From Eledone cirrhosa (Eukaryota): a stretch of DNA of 64,000 nt. The position numbers and the translations under genes are program-made. The DNA lies in contig OZ024740.1 in the NCBI GenBank assembly GCA_964016885.1, positions 348,564,001 to 348,628,000 of the forward strand, given 5' to 3'. The notes below the pieces were generated by a model that searched no databases, was not told the DNA's origin, and saw only the letters and a program-made list of their open reading frames with translations. This document shows, piece after piece, positions 13,331 through 26,561 of the stretch (positions are counted from its first letter, which is position 1; each line of letters begins with the position of its first letter).

Positions 13331-13481
13331 TATAACAGAAGAATCAACAAATCAAAAAAGCATATGAGTAGCCGCTGAACCTCGGAGAAACAACTGCAAA
13401 ATCTCCCCGAATTTATGTTGTACGAACTTAGAACAAGGAAACATACATTGGATAATAAAATAAAAAATACTGAGTTTGATT

Positions 13482-13534
<53 letters not shown>

Positions 13535-13543
13535 AGTGCGTGT

Positions 13544-13615
<72 letters not shown>

Positions 13616-15242
13616 TTGACATTAGAAATGGCATCAATATGATTAAATCTTGTGATCACGATAAATACTTGGCATTACCTAACATTATTCCTAAGTTTAG
13701 GGCGGTGAATTGGCAGTATAGGTAGAAGGTCGGACACCATACTTTTCAGCATAGTTACATCTCTTTATTGTCTGAGTTCAAATCCCGGGGTCGATAAAAT
13801 AAACAACCAGTAATACACTGGGATAATTGCTGGCCTTGTGCCAAAAGTAGAAACAATTATTCCTGAGTCTAACAATCAAGGGGCGCATTTATCTTCATCT
13901 CCAGTATTTTAGCCGTCGTTATTTCTCGTTGGCGCTCTAGCATTTGACGTGCTATGGAATTTTCTTTGAAGCATCTAGTAGTACTAGGAAATTTGGTGAA
14001 GTGATAATATAAGTAGACTAACAATGCCCTAGTTATTATTTCAATTGTCACTTCTTAGCAAACCAATATTTCCGTACAAAAAGTGTTTAAAACCATATTT
14101 CACCGAACAAGCCTTTACGAAATGGATAAAAATATCCGGGGGAAATTCTTTAAACGGACATAAGAAGCCGATCTTTTCTCAATACCGGATAAGTAAAAAT
14201 AATATTATAAGTGGAAGTGGATGCAAATATGAAATTTATTTTTCTATAAACACTTAAACATAAATGTAAATAAACACAGATGCTTGCGGAAAAATAATCG
14301 TGATACAAGTGACTATAGTCAATAAACTATTTTAATGAATCGCATATTTATATTCGACACAGCAAAAGAAAGTTATCAGATAAGACAAACTACCTGACAG
14401 TGAAGACACTTTGGAATCTCTGAAAAATTCTTTTGAATCGTAGAAACAACAATACTATTATTAATCAGTGACAGACAAACGAATGTAATATCTAAATACG
14501 AAATTACTATATTATTTGTATTGCAATAGTGATTAGATTCTAAAAAATTGTATGAAACGAGCAGCAAACAATATCAAATTCCAACTCTACAAGGGTGCTT
14601 GAATGAGAATAAATCTTCAAGAAAAACTATATTTTAAAAGAGTAATTATTATATTCTCCCAGCTACACAGGAGCCAGAAGGTGAAATACTTCATCTGAAC
14701 ATCGATCGTAAATATTTTAAGCTGACAAAAACTTCACTCTAAAAGCAACACATTAGTGTTTTCTTTTTTTGTATTCCCGTCTTCACAATATACTTTAATC
14801 TGATTATGGTAAGTTTTCATTATCTTTTATTTTTTGTTCTATTCTTTGATATTATGGTAAGAGTTTATTTCAGTTTATTATGTATAATAATATATGTGAT
14901 TTTCAACGTGATCTCATGTGCAATATTGAATATCGACTTAGTTATTCTCTTATCATTAGTCCCATAAATGCGGTGAAATGTATATTTTGCTAAGGAGATT
15001 GAAAACCTGCCTGGGTTGGCTTTTCTACCTGATATAACAACAACAATAATATTTTATTTGCATCAGTGCATAAATATTTCTATTTATGAAAATTGAATTA
15101 GATACTTTTTCGCCATATTTCTCGACTACAGAAAATACTCTAACAACATAGCATATACGTAAGTCCACTGAACATTCCACCAAACTTGTTGGTAATATGC
15201 CTAAATCAGACACCTCTATTATTATTATTATTATTATTATTA

Positions 15243-15425
15243 TCGGTAGAACGTCACCATAGTTAAGGACCTTGCAGTATAAAGTTATAAACCTTTACGT
15301 TCTGAATTCAAATCCCGCCGAGGTTAACTTTGCCTTTCATCCCTACGGGGTCGATAAGATAAAGTACCAGTAATGTACCAATAATTGCTGGTCTTGTGCC
15401 CAAAATAGAAACAATTATTATTATT
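15243..15425 (+). mobile_element. tRNA-derived SINE (Meta/MESC-like core)
   Basis: Box-B-like TTCAAATCCC, core GCCTTTCATCC.TACGGGGTCGATAA.ATAAAGTACCAG and a (TTA)n tail. Other copies lie near 13705-13862, 21278-21455, 27512-27725, 27728-27890, 34560-34846, 52760-52900 and 63858-64000. Confidence 0.8.
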
Positions 15426-15434
15426 ATTTTTATT

Positions 15435-18400
15435 ATTGTTCTTTGAGTCTCAGTCATTGATGTTATTTAACTGGAAAGTTTGTTGAAATGAATATCAAGC
15501 CACTACCTGCAGCCTCAGATATTCAGGACGTATCGGAGGGTTCTTGCTGTTCCCAGAAAGCATGCCTTTTGAAGTGTTCCAAAAAGCGGGGCTGGACTAA
15601 CTTTCTTTAACCATCCTTGGAAACTCTTTGAGATAGTACCTAGTGCTCCTATGACAATCGGGACGACTCTGACTTCATGGCAGTTCCAAATCCTTTTTAC
15701 CTCCCACTAAGTCCTGGTATCGGTTAATTTTCTCCCTCTCCTTTTCTTGCACTCTCTTGTCAAATGGGCAGGCTACATCTAGAATCAGGCACGATTTTTT
15801 TCCTTGTCAAAAACCACCAGGACAGGTCTATTGTGTTCCAGTTTCTTCTCCGTCTGTATCCTAAAATCCCACAGCACCTTCACCTGATCGTTTTCTATCA
15901 CCGACTCTGGCTTATGCTCATACCACTTCTCAGAATGTGGTAAATTGTTTACTTTGCATAGGTGCCAGTGGATCACCCTGCCCATCACATCATGCCTCCA
16001 GCCTTTATAGTGAGTCTGGGCTAGGTGTTTACACTCGGATACAATGTCAGGCACAGTCTCCTCACTCTTTCCACAGATCCTGCACAGTGGGCTAGTCTCC
16101 TCCTTGTAAATATGGTGTTTCAACCACTTCGTTTTGAGGGCCTGCTCCTAGGAAGCCATTAACATTCCTTCTGTAGCCTTTTTAAGGTCTCCTCTTTTCA
16201 ACCAGTTCCATGTCTGTGGATCTCTAAATTCAGTTTTCTCAAAGAAGGTACTATGAAGGGATTTTTCCTGAAGGCTGCTCTTTCTACTTGATGTTATTTC
16301 CTCCTTGGACATCCCCTGATCTATTGTCCCCTCCTTCAGTACAGTTCTGAGCATTGGCTCCTTACTATCAGTCACGTATTTGTGTAGGTTGTTTTTCTCC
16401 ATCTGAACAAAGTCCTCTATGCTGATAAGACCTCTTCCACCTTCAGATCTCCTTAAGTAGAATCTATCGACATCATTCCTCTTGTGGAACATGTTGTAGA
16501 TAGTCAATAGCTTCCTAGTCTTCCTATCCATTTCTTTTTGTTCAGCAACATTCCATCTCAGAATTCCCGCACTGTACCTAATAATAGACACAGCTCGGGA
16601 ATTTACTGCACTTATGGCATTCCTACTGTTCAGATGTGACTTTAATACGCTCCTTTCTCTCCGAATGTATTCAGTTCTTATCAATTCCTTCATTTTTTTG
16701 TTCTTGATGTCATCAGCCTCCAGAACACCCAAATACTTGTATCCTTCTTCAGAGTCAATTTCCTTTATCATCTCACCTGTTGGTATCTGGATTCCGTTAC
16801 TTCTGCTCAACTTACCCCTCCTCATCACAATGACTCCACACTTACTAATACCAAATTGCATACATATATCATTGCTGAAAATACGGACAGTGTCATCAAG
16901 CACATCCAACTCCTTCTCACTCTTCCCGAAGAGCTTAAGATCGTCCATGAAGAGGAGGTGATTGATGGTAAGCCCTCCCTTTCCCAACCTGTATCCTGCT
17001 CTCACTTTTCGCAGTACACTGGTCAGGGGCATCAGGGCAAGGACAAACAACAGAGGGGACAGACTATCTCTCTGGAAGATACCTCTCTTGATCTTCACAC
17101 TTCCCAAGGATTCTCCAATTGATGTTAACTCCGTTTTTCCAGGACTTCATACTTTTGCCCAACAACTGTCTGATGTTATCTGCCACCTTGAAGATCTCAA
17201 GGCTTTTGGTGATCCAAGAATGAGGCACCATTTCAAATGCCTTTTTGTAGTCTATCCATCCCATGGCAAGACCAGTGTGTCTCCTCTTGCAATTCCTTAT
17301 TACCATCTTATCAATAAGTAACTGGTCCTTTGTACCACGTGACTTCTTTCGGCATCCTTTCTGTTCGTCCAGTAACAAGCTGTTTGTGTGGAGGTGATGG
17401 TAGATTTCCTCAGACATAATGCTTGTCAACAGTTTCCACATTACGGACAGACATGTGATAGGTCTATAGTTGGTAACATCATTACCCTTGATTCGGTCTT
17501 TCATTATCAGAACTGTGGTACCTTTTGTCAACCACTCTGGTACCTCACCTGACATCAAGCAGTCATTGAACATGGTTGTCAGTTTCGGGTGGAGGGATGT
17601 TATATTTTTAATCCAATACCCCTGCACACCATCTGGGCCTGGTGATTTCCAGTTGGTTAGTTTTTTGGCCTGCCCCTTAAGAGTTTCAACTGGGATACTC
17701 AAATCAGTTTGTTGGTGTGCCTGTTCACTAATCTCCTTCTGTACTGTTTCAATCCACACTGCCTGGTCATTATGTTTAACATCCTGCTCCCATATTCCTC
17801 TCCAGAATGTTTTAGTTTGTTCCGTCTCAGGGATCAAGTCGTTGCCTCTTTCTTTCCCTTCAAGCTGTCCAAACAACATCTTCTGGTTGTTGTCGAACAT
17901 GCGGTTCTGTCTATACTGACTGACTCTGTTCTCGTATCGCCTGATTTTTGCAATCTTTGCTACAATGCGTTGCTTCAGTTCCTCTATGATAATATTTAGC
18001 TTTTTCCTCCTAGTTTTGTACTTTATTTCCAGTCTATTTTTAGTGTCTATGTTTTTTAGTGTCCCATTCAGTAGGGACTCAAGCTTTCCAATGTCATTTC
18101 TCATTTCCCTGATTTGACCACTCAGTCGTTTCTTCCACCAAGGCTCTGCTCTTTCTTGTCTGTTGTTTCCTCTCGCTTTTATACCAAGTAGTTTTCTCAC
18201 CGTATTTGCTGTTGCTTTGAGGATATTGTTGCACTGGTGAAGGCTCCTCGCCTCAAGGTATGGGATGACTTTGTTTACCTTAGCTGTTGTTTCTTTTAAC
18301 TTTTTCCTGTCTACAAATCTTAGGTTCATAGGTCTCCCACTATCATTGTTCAATTCATCTACCACTAAGTTTAGGATATCAACCAAATCTTGTCCTAGCC

Positions 18401-19050
18401 CGTCAGCATTCATCTCCTCAGTGGCCGTATCTCTGTATCTCAGCATTCAGATCATTGTCTGCTTCGGGTGGTTCCTCCGTTCTCTCGACCTCTTCACCTT
18501 CTTTTCCCACTGGCTCGTTTGCCTGGCATACTCCACTCTCCATCTCCAAGCTAATCTCTCTGCTCAGTTCCTCCAGTTCCAGCTCGCTTATCCACCCATT
18601 AGTTCTTATTTCCCGAGCCTGCCCGGCCAATTTTTGTTCATCTAATTTAAATAGACCAATCTCGTTCCAGATGTTATGCATCCGTTTCCTATAGCCTTTC
18701 TCCTTGGGGTTACTCTTCAGGTAACATTACATAACAGTTCTATTCAATTCTTTCGTCCAGTTGGTTCTGGTCCCTTTCCTTCTTCTTCCTCCGACACCAG
18801 CAGTATTTGGTTGACACCCAGGTCCCTGCTGCTGAGCCAGGGAGCACCTGTTGGGTGAGAGTCTGTCACATGACATTCTAGTCTCCATTTCACCGTTATT
18901 CGAACTGTTTAGGTTCGACATTTAAACACTCTTATCGAGGATTGGCGAATGTATGGTTACATAACCACCGGTGAATTCATCGTCTCCGGTGGTTTCGTCA
19001 CTCCCGGTGATTTTTGTGTGGCATTATCACGCTGTAGACGAACACAAATA
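15435..19050 (-). mobile_element. Near full-length R4/Dong-like non-LTR retrotransposon (RT + CCHC + restriction-like endonuclease), frameshifted
   Basis: Split ORFs from 18921 to 15515 include WKSPGPDG, YRPITCL, IDYKKAF, LFMDDLK, CRIC..., RHD and NRP.LVV. The 3' end lies in (TAA)n. Confidence 0.9.
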
Positions 19051-19394
19051 AACAAACAAACAAACAGGCAGAAAAACCCCCCAAAATGAATAAGCATAAG
19101 TTTCATTGTAATGTCGTGTTTGAATGTCTGACTTAGTTTTTCCCTTCCCTTCTCTGTCCGTCTGTTTGTTTTTCTCTTCATTCTTATTTTCTTTACGTTT
19201 TTCGTTGTTGCTGTGCTGCTTTGATTTTGATTTTTGTTTTTTTGATTTGACCGGGTCATCAATTCAGTTCAGTCTATTTATATATGTTGATGCCTTTCTC
19301 TTTTAGTGAGAATTCTACAATGTAGCAGGGGCTAGCAGGATAGAATAGCGGTGGTAGTGATAATAATAATAATTATTATTATTATTATTATTAT

Positions 19395-21104
19395 TGTTGT
19401 TATTCTTTGAATCTCAGTCATTGATGTTGGTTAACTGGAAAGTCCGTTGGATTGAATATCAAGCCACTACCTGCAGCCTCAGATATTCAGGACGTATCGG
19501 AGGGTTCTTGCTGTTCCAAGCAAGCATGCCTTTTGAAGCGTTCCAAAAAGCGTGAAGGGGCCGATTTTCTTTAACCATCCCTGGAAACTTTTGGAGATAG
19601 TCCCCAGTGCGCCTATGACAATCGGGATCACTTTGACTTCATGGCAGTTCCAAATCCTTTTCACCTCCCACTTTAGGTCCTGGTATCGGTTAATTTTCTC
19701 CCTCTCCTTCTCTTGCACTCTCGTGTCGAACGGGCAGGCCACATCCACAATCAGACACGATCTTTTTTCTTTGTCCACAACCACCAGGTCAGGTCTATTG
19801 TGTTCCAGTTTTTTGTCCGTCTGTATCCTAAAATCCCACAGCACCTTCACCTGATTGTTCTCCATCACCGCCTCTGGCCTATGCTCATACCATTTCTCAG
19901 AATGTGGTAAATTGTTTACTTTGCACAGGTGCCAGTGGATCACCCTGCCCATCACATCGTGTCTCCAGCCCTTATAGTGGGTCTGGGCTAGGTGTTTACA
20001 CTCGGACACAATGTGAGCCACAGTCTCCTCTCTCTCTCCACAGATCCTGCACAGTGGGCTAGCCTCCTCCTTGTAGATATGGTGCTTCAACCACTTCGTT
20101 TTGAGGGCCTGCTCCTGCGCAGCCATTAGCATTCCTTCTGTAGCCTTTTTGAGGTCTCCTCTTCTCAACTAGTTCCATGTCTGTGGATCTCTAAATACCT
20201 AATAATAGACACAGCTCGGGAATTTACTGCGCTTATGGCATTTCTGCTGTTCAGATGTGACTTCAATACGCTCCTTACTCTCCGAATGTATTCAGTTCTT
20301 AACAATTCCTTCATTTTTTTGTTCTTTATGCCATCAGCCTCCAGAACGCCCAAATACTTGTATCCTTCCTCAGAGTCAATTTCCTTTATCATCTCACCTG
20401 TTGGTATCTGGATCCCGTTACTTCTGCTCAACCTACCCCTCTTCATCACAATGACTCCACATTTACCAATGCCAAACTGCATACATATATCACTGCTGAA
20501 AATACGGACAGTGTCAACAAGCACATCCAACTCCTTCTCACTTTTCCCGAAGAGCTTAAGATCGTCCATGAAGAGGAGGTGATTGATTGTAAGCTCTCCC
20601 CTTCCCAACTTGTATCCTGCTCTCACTTTTCGAATCATAATGGTCAAGGGCATCAAGGCAAGGACAAACAACAGAGAGGACAGGCTATCTCCCTGGAAGA
20701 TACCTCTCTTGATCTTCACGCTTCCCAAGGATACTCCAGTTGATGTCAACTCTGTCTCCCAGGACCCCATACTCCTGCCTAGCAACTGTCTGATGTTATC
20801 TGCCACCCTGAAGATCTCCAGGCTTTTGGTGATCCAGGAATGAGGCACCATGTCAAATGCCTTTCTGTAGTCTATCCATCCCATGGCAAGATCAGTGTGT
20901 CTCCTCCTGCAATTCCCCATTACCATCTTATCAATAAGTAACTGGTCCTTTGTACCACGTGACTTCTTTCGGCATCCTTTCTGTTCGTCCGGTAACAAGT
21001 TGTTTGTGTGGAGGTGATGGTAGATTTCCTCAGACACAACGCTCGTCAACAGTTTCCACATTACGGACAGACATGTGATAGGTCTATAGTTGGTAACATC
21101 ATTA
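19395..21104 (-). mobile_element. 5'-truncated second R4/Dong-like copy with internal deletion
   Basis: ORFs 20165-21319 and 19479-20168 show RT plus CRIC/RHD/RPDLVVVD..DVACP. About 346 bp present in copy 1 (about 16229-16574) is missing at 20196. The 3' end lies in (TAA)n. Confidence 0.9.
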
Positions 21105-21230
21105 TGAGTGTGTCTGCGGGGGGGGGGGGGGGGTGTTCTGTGTGTATTATATACAATGAATATTTGTTTAATGTGAATTCTGTTGTCCGACGCCTTCCCG
21201 ATACTGCCAATAATAATACGAATGATTATA

Positions 21231-21278
<48 letters not shown>

Positions 21279-21922
21279 GGCAGTATCGGAAGGGAATCGG
21301 ACAACATTCTTCGTGGCATATAGTTGCGGTCTTTTACGTTCTGAGTTCAAATCCCGCTGAGGTTAACTTTGCCTTTCCTCCTTTCGAGGTCGATAGAATA
21401 AAGTACCAATCACGCAAAATTGCTGGCCTTGAACCAAAATCAGAAATCATTCGTATTATTATTGGCAGTATCGGGAAGGCGTCGGACAACAGAATTCACA
21501 TTAAACAAATATTCATTGTATATAATACACACAGAACACATACCCCCCCCCCCCCCCGCAGACACACTCATTTATATGTATGTTGTGCGAACATATATAT
21601 ATGTATATGTATATGTGTGTGCGCATGCGTGAATCATCAAGCGCTATATGAGTAATCACCCTTGTATGTTACCATGACCTAACACCTCTGAAGTGAGATT
21701 CGATCTTAAACTTGCAAGGATAGTCTCACTTGCCTTGGATTAAGTTTCACTAAGACAAAGAGACTCTACTTGTATGCAGACATTTTTTGGCAGAACTCTC
21801 CCTTCAGGCATTTCCCCTCACACACACACAAACAGTGAGTGTGTTCTGTTATTAATTCTGGCAATATTACACAAATATGACCCTCCCCAAGTATAACAAT
21901 ATATATATATATATATATATAA

Positions 21923-23103
21923 TTAATACAATAACAGAGATAGTTTAAAGCTAAACTCTGACTGGTAACCATCTCACTCAACAAACATTAGGTTATATTA
22001 AAATATAAACCCAATTTAAGTGTTTGGGGTGCTAACAAAATGTATAATGTGGAAAAACCAGTTGTATTATTTTATGAGATATAATTAAAGTTAAAGTATA
22101 TCTCTCTTTCCAAACAATTGTTTCATTATAAGTTTTCTACAAGTTTGGGAGAATGTTTCCAGTTTATGTAGAATCCTAATATATATTCATGTAAGAATAT
22201 ATTTAGGTGGGCACTTATAAATCGTCAGTGGAAGCCCATTAAACATTGATATAAGAAAACAAATTACTTACCGCTGTCAAAAATCATGTCCGTAAAGTAG
22301 CTCTCTCTCACCTCGAATGACCGCCAAATTTGAAATTCCAGCAGTTTTTGACTGAGGAAGTATCATAGCGACACGAAGCGGGAAGGGGAGACAACCCACG
22401 AAATGAGGAAAAAATAATATACACGCGGGTTAATTAGTTTTTTTGAAAACATTATCAATCCGACGTGTTTAAGAACTCAATTGAAAATAAAAAAATAAAT
22501 ATATGCTTGTATAAATTACACACGCATATAGATATTTTCTTAGGCTAAATCAGAAGTTGTACCCGAATAAGAACCGCTTCTCATAACCGCAGTAAATGCA
22601 GAAAGTTATGCTATAAAGGGCAAATGGGAATATAATTCTCCGGCCGAAATATTAAGAGTAAAATTTAAAACACACGCGGGTTAATTTGTTATTACAAAAC
22701 CAATATTAGTTCCTCGTGTAAAGAACTCAATTAATGAAAGAAAATAAATACACATATGCATGTAATTATATACGTAGGCATATATATATATATTTTCCTA
22801 GGCTAAAAAACAGAGAAGTTAGAACCAAAAAAAGCCACAATATTTCACAACAGTAAAATACGGAAAGTCAAATTCATAAGGTACCTGGAAATAAACACCT
22901 CTGGCCAATCAAGAGTAAATATTTAATACAATAACAGAGATAGTTTAAAGCTAAACTTTGACTGGTAACCATCTCACTCAACAAACATTAGGTTATATTA
23001 AAATATAAACCCAATTTAAGTGTTTGGGGTGCTAACAAAATGTATAATGTGGAAAAACCAGTTGTATTATTTTATGAGATATAATTAAAGTTAAAGTATA
23101 TCT
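21923..23103. repeat. Non-coding element with 181-bp direct terminal repeats (period 1000 bp) between (TA)n tracts
   Basis: 21923-22103 is repeated at 22923-23103 with one visible mismatch. The interior has two diverged ~250-bp subrepeats starting ACACGCGGGTTAAT. Confidence 0.8.
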
Positions 23104-23135
23104 ATATATATTAAAGTATATCTATATATATTAAA

Positions 23136-23175
<40 letters not shown>

Positions 23176-23228
23176 AATATAAACATATATATATATATAT
23201 ATATAAGATCAACAGATGGTTAAAAGAG

Positions 23229-23299
23229 TATTTTATTATGCGCATTTCAAAAACAAATATCATCATGAGATGATATTTGCGTTTTCATCAGATAAAATA
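23229..23299 (-). ncRNA. Minimal type I hammerhead ribozyme motif
   Basis: Minus strand: TATTTTAT-CTGATGA-long stem II (CAAATATCATC-TCAT-GATGATATTTG)-GAAA-TGCGCA-TA-ATAAAATA. Confidence 0.8.
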
Positions 23300-24385
23300 G
23301 GGATACATGATATGAAGGTTAAAAAAGACTTGTGAATAGTGAAGTTTTAAATCAACATATGAAAAATAATTTAAGATTGATGTGTGATATTGGGAAAAAA
23401 GAGAGGGGTTAGAAAGGGTAAAGAAGAGGAGGAGATGAGTGTAAAGAATGCTGGGGGATGAGTATAAGAAGGAATGATGAGAGAGGAGGGGAGATGGATG
23501 ATAGAGAGAGTGCGATAGCCTATACAACTGAGAAAAATATATATTGTCTCACCGAAAGAAGTTAAAAAGCCGTTGGAAGATGATAGATAATTTAAAAGAA
23601 TTTGAAATTAAAAGTTGATGAAGAGAAAAAGGGGTTAAGAATAATATTAAATTAAGGTTTGTATATTGAAGGGTTTAATAATATGTGCGAGGAAAAGAAA
23701 TTTTTAACATGTATTATTAAAATAAAAATATTAATGTTATTAAGGATATAATGTGAAAAGAGGTAGAAGAGTGGATGAGTTATGAATTTAGAGGAATTAG
23801 TTCGTGTTTAAGTTTGTTTTTATGTAATGTAATATGTGTGCGTAATATATGTACGTAAATAGTTTGTTTAAAAATGAGCGCAGAAACCAAAGAAGAAAAG
23901 AATGTTTAAGGAAGAAAAAATCTAACATAAAAAAAATATATATATGTTTACGAAATATTTTCTAATGGTAATACTATAATATATTAAAAGAAATATAATA
24001 TATTAAAAGAAAAAAAAGGGTTTAAGTTTGTTTTTATGTATTGTAATGTGTAATATGTAAAAGTCAAACGAGCATGAAAGGAAGAGATAAGGAATTTAAG
24101 GAAGAAAAAGTACAGATTAGAGGTTAGAAATTAAAAAGAAAAAAGAAAAGATGAAGAAAAGAAAGTGATAAAGAGGAATGATATAGAATGAGTAACTTGT
24201 ATTATATAATATATAATAAATAATATTGAAATAAGGTAGAAAGATGAGTATATTTAAAAAAAAAACATATATAAGCCTTTGAGAAAAAGGATCTTATATT
24301 ATTTATACTCCAGTCCTACAAATTGTAGAGTGCTACTTATCCGATATTTGCATTGCTTTATTGTGTTACAATAAAACTCACCTCC

Positions 24386-24413
<28 letters not shown>

Positions 24414-24420
<7 letters not shown>

Positions 24421-26386
24421 CGTTTCTGAATTTGTTTAGCAAGATTCTTTATCTGAAATCGTGTGTTGAAACCGATATTGTTATACTTTGGGAGGGTCAT
24501 GTTGCCAATAAGAAACACACGCACCAGTTGCTTTCACTTCAATTTAATTTAATATATATTTATAAATTTACAAATTTATAAATTTCTGGTTGGTTGGTTG
24601 GTTCCACAACCAGATAGTTGTTTATATATATATAGTCATAGTTCTTTCGTCGCACACTCTGTGACCTCTTCAGTGACTGGGGATTTCTTTCTTCGTTTCT
24701 GTGCCTTTCCTTTCTTCTATCCTACGCCATTTTGTTTGTGTGTGGGTTGCGTGCTCAGTTTGGGCATGCGTCACATCCGGGTGTCTGTGTGTGTTTGTGT
24801 TCATTTTTCTATTTTTCTATTTATATTTGTTTGTTTATTTATTTATTTATTGTTGGTTGGTTGTTTGTTCTATGTGTGTGTGTGTTTTCATTTTGTCTTG
24901 TGTGTGTTTTCATTTTGTGTGTGTTTTCAATTGTAAGTTGTTTGTTCTATGTGTGTGTGTGTTTTCATTTTGTCCTTAATTGTAAGTTGTGATGTTGCTG
25001 TTCCACTCATATTTTCTATTTAATTTTGGTTTTAATTCTTTTATGCTTACTGCCTCTGTAATTTGCCTAAACATTGCGTCTTTCTTGTGTGTGGATTCTA
25101 TTTTTATTTCTATGCTCTCTAATTTACCCCTGTGTTCTATCTTAGCATGTTGGTAGAGCACAGATGATTCTTTACTATCTTGGAGGTCTCGCCAGTGTTC
25201 ATTTATTCGTTCCCCTATACTACGAGCTGTCTCACCTATGTACACTATATTTTTGTTTCTACATTGTCCCTCAGTACATCTTATGCTATATACTACATTT
25301 CTAGTTTTACAGTTAATATGGGGGCTTATTTTACAGGTTATACATTTCTTATCTATACATGAGGGTCTTTGGAACGGGTATGTCTTGCTAATAAGTGTTT
25401 TTACGGAGGTACCAGGTCATTCTACTATCTTAATATTGAGATAGTAGAAAGACCTGGTACCTCCGTAAAAACACTTATTAGCAAGACATACCCGTTCCAA
25501 AGACCCTCATGTATAGATAAGAAATGTATAACCTGTAAAATAAGCCCCCATATTAACTGTAAAACTAGAAATGTAGTATATAGCATAAGATGTACTGAAG
25601 GACAATGTAGAAACAAAAATATAGTGTACATAGGTGAGACAGCTCGTAGTATAGGGGAACGAATAAATGAACACTGGCGAGACCTCCAAGATAGTAAAGA
25701 ATCATCTGTGCTCTACCAACATGCTAAGATAGAACACAGGGGTAAATTAGAGAGCATAGAAATAAAAATAGAATCCACACACAAGAAAGACGCAATGTTT
25801 AGGCAAATTACAGAGGCAGTAAGCATAAAAGAATTAAAACCAAAATTAAATAGAAAATATGAGTGGAACAGCAACATCACAACTTACAATTAAGGACAAA
25901 ATGAAAACACACACACACATAGAACAAACAACTTACAATTGAAAACACACACAAAATGAAAACACACACAAGACAAAATGAAAACACACACACACATAGA
26001 ACAAACAACCAACCAACAATAAATAAATAAATAAACAAACAAATATAAATAGAAAAATAGAAAAATGAACACAAACACACACAGACACCCGGATGTGACG
26101 CATGCCCAAACTGAGCACGCAACCCACACACAAACAAAATGGCGTAGGATAGAAGAAAGGAAAGGCACAGAAACGAAGAAAGAAATCCCCAGTCACTGAA
26201 GAGGTCACAGAGTGTGTGACGAAAGAACTATGACTATATATATATAAACAACTATCTGGTTGTGGAACCAACCAACCAACCAGAAATTTATAAATTTGTA
26301 AATTTATAAATATATATTAAATTAAATTGAAGTGAAAGCAACTGGTGCGTGTGTTTCTTATTGGCAACATGACCCTCCCAAAGTAT

Positions 26387-26394
<8 letters not shown>
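24414..26394. mobile_element. Palindromic insertion of two 5'-truncated Penelope-like 3' ends (GIY-YIG part + pLTR + hammerhead)
   Basis: Arms of about 1 kb are centred near 25435. ORF 25369-25893 matches the C-terminus of ORF 48400-51096. HHRs are at 24634-24678(-) and 26191-26235(+). (TA)n flanks both sides. Confidence 0.95.
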
Positions 26395-26421
<27 letters not shown>

Positions 26422-26561
26422 CAAATAACGAAACGAAATTAAATTTTGACTTAATTATATATATATATAATATATATATAATATATATATATATTCCTAT
26501 AATTAAATTTTGACTTAATTATATATATATATAATAGATATATAATATATATATATATTCC

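Noticed and set aside
15243-15330. tRNA gene
   Set aside because: The box-B-like sequence is the head of a SINE repeated many times, and no cloverleaf is evident.
18900-19050. HDV-like ribozyme at the 5' end of the R4/Dong-like LINE
   Set aside because: A hairpin (AACCACCGG/CCGGTGGTT) is present, but I could not build the nested double pseudoknot by eye.
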